From an uncultured Gammaproteobacteria bacterium (GTDB lineage: Bacteria; Patescibacteriota; Microgenomatia; UBA1406; GWC2-37-13), in assembly GCA_964579395.1 (NCBI GenBank), contig CAZOFT010000002.1:66071-130070 (forward strand): a stretch of DNA of 64,000 nucleotides. Direction: 5' to 3'. Below, piece after piece: positions 17,618 to 24,520 of this stretch; within the stretch, counting starts at the first letter, position 1; each line of letters begins with the position of its first letter. Under the pieces are notes generated by a model, which saw only the letters and a program-made list of their open reading frames with translations, did not search any database and had not been told where the DNA came from. The translations under genes and the position numbers were made by a program.

Positions 17618-17765
17618 TTGAAACGGTGGCATAATGCTGATGACAGTATAATATGTTTTTTGTGCGGTATTTTTTGTTCCACGTTCCTAAGTCACAAAAG
17701 AGCACCGCACGGGGAGTAGCTCAAAATCTTGCATATCCTTTAGACACAGGTGTGTAAGGCATTTA

Positions 17766-19109
17766 TTACAAGTCTCCCGTTATGGTGATGACCGGTGCGG
17801 GGGTGCTGCGGAAAAACTCATTCCACTGCAGTATGTGATCTGCTGTCACAGTCAGTGCACGTTCTCTCAGAAGCTTTGCATCAAGCACCGTGTCATACCA
17901 CTCGAGGCCTTTTTCAAGAAGCCACAGGCAGTAATCAGTTGCAATAGGATTGGCGAGCTGTCTTTTTTTCTCCTTCTCGGTAATCTGAGCAAATGCCGCA
18001 GTATCATCGGTAAAGAGCACATCGTTCATCTCCCCCTCGATTCGTGCCAGTAGCGCTCGCAACTCTTTTTCATTTTTGTGCGACGTATCAAACTGGATGA
18101 CAAACAGTTTTTTCTCAAAAAGTCCGTAGTTGTGTGCATACGCCAGATAGCCGATGCCGTGTTCGCGTGCGTACTTGTGTACTTTCTCATGGAGGTAGCT
18201 GGTGTAGAGATTCAGTGCTGTTGAGGCGGTTGAAAAGGGAAGCGCATCCATATGCCATACAAAGGTGATGCTGGCATAGTTGTTTTTCAGCCCGGTCTGG
18301 TGGGTGGTGATTCGCTCGGTCGCGCCTTCTTGAATGCTGTCCAGAAGGGTCCAGTCCAGGGTGCGCTTCAAATCAGTAGTGGGATATTGCTCAAGAAGCG
18401 GCTCAAGCTGCGTGAGGTAGGTAGTCAAGGTTTTGGGGTTACCATGATTGTATACTTGGGCCGTCACCAGGGGCGCACTGCAGATCTCACCGGCCACGCG
18501 CTGCAGTACCGGCGCATCGATTCTGTCAAGCGATTCATGGGTGCCTGCAGTCTCCGCCAAAAGCGGATTGCCGGGCGCAAGCACTGCCTCCAGCAGGTGG
18601 CGACGATTGTGCCAGTTGTGATCGGCCAGGTTTCTGTCGATTTCGTTTTTGATGATCTCGCGCTCTGAGTCGACCGTGGCCTTCAAGTCATCATACCCAG
18701 CAGTGGGGTTCTCCAGGCGCTTCATGATCTGAGCCGTGATTGCGCACACACCGTACCCATCTATATCAGGAGCCAACGCGCCGGACATGTGCTCGGTCAT
18801 GTTGTAGTAGCTGGTTGATGCATTCAGGCTCACATCGATTGATTCGGCGTAAGTACGAAGCGGCTTGTTGATAAGGTGCTCCAAAAAATGCAACTCACCG
18901 ATCGTATCTTCCCGGTCAAAATGCGAGCCGGTGTCAAAGCTGATGTCGACTTCGGCAGTGGTAGAATTGGGATCGCGTCCGGAGGCACCGATTATTGACG
19001 CACCGTTTTTGAGCTTTTTGTATAGAAGATGCTGACTGCTCAGGTATGTATCCAGTCGGTCATCGGGCACCACAAGAGGAGTAAGGTGGTCGGGGAGTGT
19101 GTGGGTCAT
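17766..19109 (-). CDS. M16 (pitrilysin/insulinase) family zinc peptidase
   Basis: The protein is 447 aa. The inverted zinc motif HxxEH is present as GELHFLEHLINK, and the length and layout fit a two-lobed M16 protease. Confidence 0.75.
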   Translation of the reverse strand: MTHTLPDHLTPLVVPDDRLDTYLSSQHLLYKKLKNGASIIGASGRDPNSTTAEVDISFDTGSHFDREDTIGELHFLEHLINKPLRTYAESIDVSLNASTSYYNMTEHMSGALAPDIDGYGVCAITAQIMKRLENPTAGYDDLKATVDSEREIIKNEIDRNLADHNWHNRRHLLEAVLAPGNPLLAETAGTHESLDRIDAPVLQRVAGEICSAPLVTAQVYNHGNPKTLTTYLTQLEPLLEQYPTTDLKRTLDWTLLDSIQEGATERITTHQTGLKNNYASITFVWHMDALPFSTASTALNLYTSYLHEKVHKYAREHGIGYLAYAHNYGLFEKKLFVIQFDTSHKNEKELRALLARIEGEMNDVLFTDDTAAFAQITEKEKKRQLANPIATDYCLWLLEKGLEWYDTVLDAKLLRERALTVTADHILQWNEFFRSTPAPVITITGDL

Positions 19110-19378
19110 TTGGCCTTCCCCTTCTTTTTGCCCAGCTGCGCCCGCACCTGATTTTCTGCCATATCAACAACATTATCGACCACGTCCGCGCTGATCAAGG
19201 TGTCCAGGATGTTGCCTTTGAGACGCTTGGATTTGTACGCGTTGGCACGTACCTTTACCTGATCGCCGATCGCATCGATGATGTCGCCCGAGGATTTTTT
19301 ACTCGATTTCTTACCGGTTTTCTTGGAAGAAGAACTGCCGGAAACCGCCGATTGAATCAGATCGCTAATAAGTGACAT
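19106..19378 (-). CDS. small Lys/Ser-rich hypothetical protein (90 aa)
   Basis: Its stop overlaps the M16 start (ATGA at 19106-19109), which suggests translational coupling. No recognisable domain was found. Confidence 0.5.
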   Translation of the reverse strand: MSLISDLIQSAVSGSSSSKKTGKKSSKKSSGDIIDAIGDQVKVRANAYKSKRLKGNILDTLISADVVDNVVDMAENQVRAQLGKKKGKAK

Positions 19379-19408
19379 ATCTTCCTATGATAACATGCGA
19401 AGCCTAAG

Positions 19409-20026
19409 TTATTTCACTGTAAGCACCTGTGTGTTCGGATAACAAACGGGTGCACCAGACCCTGCCACCTTTTTCTTAAACAAGATTAAATCAAACTGGC
19501 GCGATTCATTAGAGCCTTTTAGCTTTTCTATCGATTCTTTATTAAGTAGCGACATGTCTGTAACCAAAACCAGCCTTCCTTTTGAATCAATCGTGTTTAA
19601 GGTATTCCCCTTTTTAACTTGTTCAGTCAACTGGTCTGTAAAAAATTTTGCTCCGCTGGTTACAGTAATAGCTTCACATGTTGCAGTTGCTCCCCAGGCG
19701 GATTTTATTATCCTTGTATAGAATCCTTTGACAGTAGCTACTCCATAGTGATCCGGATCTTGTGTTGATGCAACTATGCATTCATCTGTGGTGCAGGTTT
19801 CATTTTGGAGTGTATACGCGGGAGAAAATTTTGGTGAGTTTGATTTGGTTTCGTTGATTTGTCGTAATTGCGAGCTTAGATCGTTATTAGTTTTTTGAAG
19901 CTCTTGTATGTGTAATCCAACATAGAATATGACGCCAAGACATATGGGAATAAGGAAAATTATTGCTGCCATGAAGTTGGCCTTTCGCCGTATGTAGGTA
20001 ATATTTACATTTTCGATTTTTTCCAT
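19409..20026 (-). CDS. membrane-anchored hypothetical protein (N-terminal TM, Cys-containing ectodomain)
   Basis: The protein is 205 aa. It has one hydrophobic helix (AAIIFLIPICLGVIFYVGL), then a polar region with five Cys. The gene is visibly AT-richer than its neighbours. Confidence 0.5.
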   Translation of the reverse strand: MEKIENVNITYIRRKANFMAAIIFLIPICLGVIFYVGLHIQELQKTNNDLSSQLRQINETKSNSPKFSPAYTLQNETCTTDECIVASTQDPDHYGVATVKGFYTRIIKSAWGATATCEAITVTSGAKFFTDQLTEQVKKGNTLNTIDSKGRLVLVTDMSLLNKESIEKLKGSNESRQFDLILFKKKVAGSGAPVCYPNTQVLTVK

Positions 20027-20099
20027 ACTATGATGATAGCATACAGCCTTGGCTTGAGCGTACGCTGAAAATGGGGTACAATAGGGGTTGCCCGAACAA

Positions 20100-20171
20100 G
20101 GCGCGTTGGCGAAGTGGTAACGCGGCGGTCTGCAAAACCGCTATGCACCGGTTCAATTCCGGTACGCGCCT
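20100..20171 (+). tRNA. tRNA-Cys (anticodon GCA)
   Basis: The sequence is GGCGCGTTGGCGAAGTGGTAACGCGGCGGTCTGCAAAACCGCTATGCACCGGTTCAATTCCGGTACGCGCCT. The anticodon loop is CTGCAAA. TACAAT lies at 20077-20082 upstream. Confidence 0.85.
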
Positions 20172-20204
20172 CCCTATATAGACTGCTATAATAGGGAGAA
20201 CCAA

Positions 20205-20291
20205 GGAGAGGTGTCGGAGCGGTTGATCGAGCTAGTCTTGAAAACTAGTATGGCAGCAATGTCATCGGGGGTTCGAATCCCCCCCTCTCCG
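20205..20291 (+). tRNA. tRNA-Ser (anticodon UGA)
   Basis: The acceptor pairs GGAGAGG with CCTCTCC. The anticodon stem pairs CTAGT with ACTAG around loop CTTGAAA. It has a long variable arm and a TTCGAAT T-loop. TATAAT lies at 20187-20192 upstream. Confidence 0.9.
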
Positions 20292-20321
20292 CAGGAAAAA
20301 ACAATCTGCTACAATGCGAGT

Positions 20322-20654
20322 ATGAATCTGCGGCAACTTCAGCAAGAGGCTCTTCGTATATGAGAAAAGTACGCTCAACTCGAGCAAAAACAGCAAGCTG
20401 AACCCTGGAGCAACTCCCAAATCATGGAAGGGTTTGTGGTCGACGTGGGTGATTTGATGAAACTGGTGATGATAAAAGAGGGCTACCGTGAAGGAGAAAA
20501 TGTTGATGAAAGATTGCGACATGAGCTTTCTGATTGTTTATGGAGCATCCTTGTTCTGGCAAAGAAGTATGACGTAAATTTAGAGAAGGAGTTTGTAAAA
20601 ACCATGCGGGAACTTGAAAAAAGAATTGATGAAAAAATGACTAAAGCTGAGTAG
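20322..20654 (+). pseudogene. MazG-like nucleotide pyrophosphohydrolase interrupted by an in-frame TGA at 20361-20363
   Basis: ATG 20322 reads MNLRQLQQEALRI-TGA-EKYAQLEQKQQAEPWSNSQIMEGFVVDVGDLMKLV...HELSDCLWSILVLA, in the same frame as the 76-aa track ORF (20424-20654). The first helix of the MazG fold lies upstream of and across the stop. Confidence 0.5.
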
Positions 20655-20689
20655 GTAGGTTTCTTGCGCACATCCCATCTTAAAGAACT

Positions 20690-21088
20690 ATGATAATTCC
20701 TGAGCTCGTGGTAAATGATTTTCAGCGCAGTCTTGACTTTTATGTGCAAGTCCTTGGGTTTGATATTGAATACGATCGGCCGGAAAAGAAGTTTGCGATG
20801 CTTTTATATCAGGGTGCACGCCTCATGATTAATGAACGAAACGGCAGTTGGGAAACAGGTGATATGAAGTATCCGTTGGGCCAGGGAGTAAACTTTGAGA
20901 TACAGACTGATAATGCCGACGCGCTTCTTGAAGCATTGAACGAAAATAATATGGAGCTGTATCAGGAGCCCGAAGAGGCGTGGTATCGCAAGAATGATGT
21001 GGAAGTTGGTCACAAAGAATTGTTAGTGCAAGATCCGGATGGATATCTGTTGCGTTTTGCTCAATCGCTTGGTGAGCGTAGCATATAA
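20690..21088 (+). CDS. VOC (glyoxalase/bleomycin-resistance) family protein
   Basis: The protein is 132 aa. The sequence MIIPELVVNDFQRSLDFYVQVLGFDIEYDRPE...LLVQDPDGYLLRF shows the paired beta-alpha-beta-beta-beta pattern. Confidence 0.75.
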   Translation: MIIPELVVNDFQRSLDFYVQVLGFDIEYDRPEKKFAMLLYQGARLMINERNGSWETGDMKYPLGQGVNFEIQTDNADALLEALNENNMELYQEPEEAWYRKNDVEVGHKELLVQDPDGYLLRFAQSLGERSI

Positions 21089-21105
21089 CTCGCCCACTTT
21101 TTTGT

Positions 21106-21717
21106 ATGAGTACTGTAATAAAATCTGTTGTACTTGATGTCGATGGTGTTATCGTGCAGGGTGAGCATTTTGGTCACTCTATAGAACGCGATTATGGAAT
21201 CGATGGCACGCTCATGGTGCCGTTTTTCAAAGGGGTATTTATGGATTGTTTGGTCGGGAAAAAAGATGTGAGAGAAGAGCTTCCGCCGTATTTAAAGCAA
21301 TGGGGATGGAACGGGAGTGTGGACGATTTTATGCGGTATTGGCACCAGACAGAGCACCGAATCGATCAGGACCTTATCGCACACATACAACGGCTTCGAA
21401 AGCAGGGAATAATTTGTGCTGTTGGCACTAATCAAGACAAGCATAGACTTGCCTACCTTCTAAAACAAATGGGCTTTGCTGACAGTTTTGATCATGTGTT
21501 TGCTTCAAGCATGTTCGGGCATATGAAACCCTATATTCATTACTTTGATCGAGTTTTAAAAGAGCTGCAAGTAGAAGATCCGGGTGAGGTGCTTTTCTTT
21601 GATGATCGGGCAGAAAATATCGAGGCAGCAAAAAGTGTGGGTATGCGAGCTGAGGTGTACACCACCTACGAACAATTTAAGCAACAACTATCTGCATATG
21701 CGCTTTTTCACACATAA
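21106..21717 (+). CDS. HAD-superfamily hydrolase (subfamily IA-like)
   Basis: Motif I is VVLDVDGVI. GTNQDK is motif II-like. FFDDRAENIEAAKSVGM is motif IV. Confidence 0.75.
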   Translation: MSTVIKSVVLDVDGVIVQGEHFGHSIERDYGIDGTLMVPFFKGVFMDCLVGKKDVREELPPYLKQWGWNGSVDDFMRYWHQTEHRIDQDLIAHIQRLRKQGIICAVGTNQDKHRLAYLLKQMGFADSFDHVFASSMFGHMKPYIHYFDRVLKELQVEDPGEVLFFDDRAENIEAAKSVGMRAEVYTTYEQFKQQLSAYALFHT

Positions 21718-21718
21718 A

Positions 21719-21734
21719 ACTACTTATAAAACCC
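21719..21734. repeat. 16-bp direct repeat ACTACTTATAAAACCC, copy A
   Basis: It is identical to 23419-23434, exactly 1700 bp downstream. It lies 2 nt after the HAD gene stop and contains the stop codon of the minus-strand CDS 21724-22704. The GC palindrome CCCGCGCGGG follows it. Confidence 0.9.
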
Positions 21735-22704
21735 GCGCGGGAGTTGGTGGGGCGTTTTGAGAGGGTAGTGACTGCGGGATATAGGAGAGGCCATCTTGGA
21801 CGATTTCGGCCATCTTGTCTTTTTGCGTATAGTCTGCATGATCATCAATTCCTTTTCGCAGATCACTATGTCGGCGATGAGCAACAGGCAGTTCATACGC
21901 TTTCGATCTGCGTGAATAACCTATTCGCAGAGTGTCTCCCGGTCCATCAGAATCCCACACGGACAGTGACTGCAGTTTGCCATCAGCAAAGGTGGTTTTT
22001 ACTCTTCTTCCGGATCTGCCAAGATATATTGGTATAAGTCCCGGGGCAATATGGAATTGGCGCTCTTTGTAGTTATATTCTGTTATCGCGCTTTTACCAT
22101 CTGTTCCGATCTCGTACCTCATCTTGCTGGTGCCTTTATGTCCTGCGGGTTGCCAACGAAGTTCGCACTCTATGCTGCCATCAATTTTCTCTTTTTTCTT
22201 GACAGCAAAGCCGTTATTATGCGAAGCTTCATCTGCCAGTTGCAGCAATGAATCGTAATGCGGTGAGCACACTGCATCGACTGCGTCATCACATGCTTCA
22301 AGCTTTTTTTGTGCAGCTTCTTTTGCCAGTCGCACCAATGAATCGTAGTACACTGCATCGACTGCGTCATCACATGCCCCAAGCGTTCGTTCATGCTCTT
22401 TTTGTGCCGCTTCTATTCTTCGTGCTTGTTCATCACCCGCCTGCCGTATCTGTTGTCGTGCTTGATCCAGATCAGTTCGATCAGCGGAGCCAGTGTCAGC
22501 GGTTTGATTGGCTGGTGTTTCAGGGGTGGGTAATGCGTCAGATATGGCGGGAGTGGATATTGGCATCTCAGCAGGAGGAGCAAGTGGTCGTTGTGGGCGG
22601 GTTACGATGCGTGTCTGAAAGGCTTCGGGTACATCATGTGTGCGGTGTGGTTCGTCCGGATGGTATTGTTCCGGCACCTGGGCAAGTTCATAGTCATCGC
22701 TCAT
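21724..22704 (-). CDS. hypothetical protein with Pro-rich N-terminus and internal CDDAVDAV repeat
   Basis: The protein is 326 aa with no TM or signal peptide by eye. It has two ~30-aa repeats (LGACDDAVDAVYYDSLVRLAKEA and LEACDDAVDAVCSPHYDSLLQLADEA). A minus-strand TATACT lies 9 nt upstream of the ATG. Confidence 0.55.
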   Translation of the reverse strand: MSDDYELAQVPEQYHPDEPHRTHDVPEAFQTRIVTRPQRPLAPPAEMPISTPAISDALPTPETPANQTADTGSADRTDLDQARQQIRQAGDEQARRIEAAQKEHERTLGACDDAVDAVYYDSLVRLAKEAAQKKLEACDDAVDAVCSPHYDSLLQLADEASHNNGFAVKKKEKIDGSIECELRWQPAGHKGTSKMRYEIGTDGKSAITEYNYKERQFHIAPGLIPIYLGRSGRRVKTTFADGKLQSLSVWDSDGPGDTLRIGYSRRSKAYELPVAHRRHSDLRKGIDDHADYTQKDKMAEIVQDGLSYIPQSLPSQNAPPTPARVL

Positions 22705-22820
22705 ACATACAGCAGTATATCATTATTTATAATATCCCCAAAGCAGGTGGAGTGGGTGTTCATTTTTCGTCACGAGGGGGGTCTGATATCTGTGTGGGCC
22801 TGAAATGATAGAATTTGTAT

Positions 22821-23411
22821 ATGAATAGCCGGGATCAACAAAGTATTAAACAGCGGTACGGAATCAACCTTAGTCATGCACTCACGGTCGATGATGTGGA
22901 GGACTGCGTGGAGCTGAATCTCAAAAATGGCTTATTAGACAGGGCCGAGTTGTCAGACAGTAAACACATTGGTTCACATATTAAATCGTGCTATTTGATA
23001 TCGACAAATCTTATTAGCAGTGATCTGTCTGAGTCCAAGGTTGAGCGTTCATTTGTGGAAAATTCTCGTCTTTCGGGACTGGATATGGTAGATTCCGTGC
23101 TGCAAGACGTAGTATTTGAAAATTGTCGGATGAATGGAGTGCTATTCAGAAAAGCAAGGCTCAAAAGAGTGTTGTATTCTGAGTGCGACCTGGTGGATGC
23201 TACGTTTCAATCCGCTGAGTTGGAACGAGTTGTTTTCAGATCGTGCAATTTGTCAGGCGTTGACTTTTCAAACTCAAAATGTAAGGAGATTGATGTACGT
23301 GGATCACGCCTCAATGGAGCAAGGTTTGGGATGGAGCAGCTACGTGGCTTAACTATCGATCAGACACAAGCAACATACATCGCCTTGTTGACCGGGGTGA
23401 AAATTGATTGA
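22821..23411 (+). CDS. pentapeptide-repeat protein (Qnr/MfpA-like fold)
   Basis: Consecutive A(D/N)LxX-type pentapeptides run through LISSDLSESKVERSFVENSRLSGLDMVDSVLQDVVFENCRMNGVLFRKARLKRVLYSECDLVDATFQSAELERVVFRSCNLSGVDFSNSKC. ATG 22821 lies 6 nt after TAGAAT. The track starts at TTG 22815. Confidence 0.8.
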   Translation: MNSRDQQSIKQRYGINLSHALTVDDVEDCVELNLKNGLLDRAELSDSKHIGSHIKSCYLISTNLISSDLSESKVERSFVENSRLSGLDMVDSVLQDVVFENCRMNGVLFRKARLKRVLYSECDLVDATFQSAELERVVFRSCNLSGVDFSNSKCKEIDVRGSRLNGARFGMEQLRGLTIDQTQATYIALLTGVKID

Positions 23412-23418
23412 CAGAAGC

Positions 23419-23434
23419 ACTACTTATAAAACCC
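23419..23434. repeat. 16-bp direct repeat ACTACTTATAAAACCC, copy B
   Basis: It is identical to 21719-21734. It lies 7 nt after the pentapeptide gene stop and contains the stop codon (in a different frame) of minus-strand CDS 23420-23998. The flanks are also similar (GGAG-TGG-GG). Confidence 0.9.
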
Positions 23435-23998
23435 CCGAAGGAGGTGGAGGTAGGTGCCATAGTTGTTGTATATCAGGTAGGCGTTGAGGGCGATGAGGCC
23501 GGGGAACACAACCACTTTTTCTACAAACTTTCCGGTGGTGATGCGAAGTGCTTGGATTGGCGGGATACCTAGTAGCCAGGGAATCGGAAAAAACCACGGC
23601 ACGCCCTGCTTGGTCATCGAATCAGTCACCAGGTGTGACGCCATCCCGATCATGATCGACCACCAGATAATATTCATATCTACCAGGAGCACTGTGCCGA
23701 TAATCGGCAGCAGCAGCTTCAACCCATATCCCACAATTGTCATCCCCAGCAGAGAATGAGAGATCATGCGGTGTTTGCCCACCAGGGGGCGAATCAGGCG
23801 CGCCAGCACATTCCCCCCGCGTACTTTGTCCCAGATGTCTGAAGTGGCATTGTCTACATCAGGCAGCAGTCCGCCTATCATATTAGCCCCGAGTGCCGCA
23901 AATGCGGTTCCCAGAGTGGGTGGGGTGAGAGGTGGTGCAAACAAGAAAGCAAAATTCAGGGCGGTAAATGCTGCCAGGTCATGGGTGCGTCCGGTCAT
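23420..23998 (-). CDS. membrane-bound metal-dependent hydrolase, YdjM/DUF457 family
   Basis: MTGRTHDLAAFTALNFAFL...SHSLLG...SHLVTDSMTKQGVPWFFP is typical of DUF457. The start is set at ATG 23998; the track extends to 24043. Confidence 0.7.
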   Translation of the reverse strand: MTGRTHDLAAFTALNFAFLFAPPLTPPTLGTAFAALGANMIGGLLPDVDNATSDIWDKVRGGNVLARLIRPLVGKHRMISHSLLGMTIVGYGLKLLLPIIGTVLLVDMNIIWWSIMIGMASHLVTDSMTKQGVPWFFPIPWLLGIPPIQALRITTGKFVEKVVVFPGLIALNAYLIYNNYGTYLHLLRGFYK

Positions 23999-24095
23999 AG
24001 GTATATAAAGATACCAGATGTAGCGGTGCCCGTCTTGTTGCAATCGGATAGATTCGGCAGTATCCTAAAGGTAATTACTTATTCTTTTTACCAAC

Positions 24096-24518
24096 ATGGA
24101 ATTTAATTATGTCGCGATAGTCGTGGCCGTGGTGGCCCAGTTTGCATTTGGCGCTTTTTGGTACAGTGCCCTGTTTGGCAAGATGTGGGGGAAGATCCAC
24201 GGATTTGACAAGCTGAGTAAGGCGGAGCAAGATGCTCTTATGAAAACCATGGGTCCCACCTATGGGATTCAGTTTTTAGCAACGCTGATTACCACCATGG
24301 TGTTGGCAAGCATGCTCATGAAGATGAGTGATGCGCCTGTTTCACCTTATATGATTGCGTTTTTTGCCTGGCTTGGATTTACCATGCCGGCAATCACCAG
24401 CTCAGTGATCTTCTCACGCACCGAGCGTAAGTATATGGGATCACAGATAGCGATCATGGCGGGTGACACGCTGGTGCGAATCATGCTGGCGGCGACTATC
24501 CTGACCATGTTGGGCTGA
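24096..24518 (+). CDS. DUF1761 family membrane protein
   Basis: The N-terminus MEFNYVAIVVAVVAQFAFGAFWYSALFGKMWGK is characteristic of DUF1761, with 4 TM helices. Confidence 0.7.
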   Translation: MEFNYVAIVVAVVAQFAFGAFWYSALFGKMWGKIHGFDKLSKAEQDALMKTMGPTYGIQFLATLITTMVLASMLMKMSDAPVSPYMIAFFAWLGFTMPAITSSVIFSRTERKYMGSQIAIMAGDTLVRIMLAATILTMLG

Positions 24519-24520
24519 TC

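Noticed and set aside
17467-17682. A 72-codon N-terminal extension of the photolyase ORF (the 534-aa version).
   Set aside because: The extension is not photolyase-like. It translates the duplicated promoter and hairpin region in another frame. A -10 box sits 9 nt upstream of ATG 17466.
20361-20363. The in-frame TGA as evidence for an alternative genetic code (UGA = Gly or Trp, as in code 25 or code 4).
   Set aside because: All other genes in the window give full-length, family-typical proteins under the standard code, and several clearly terminate at TGA (5392-6345, uppP, the pentapeptide gene). A single exception does not support global recoding.
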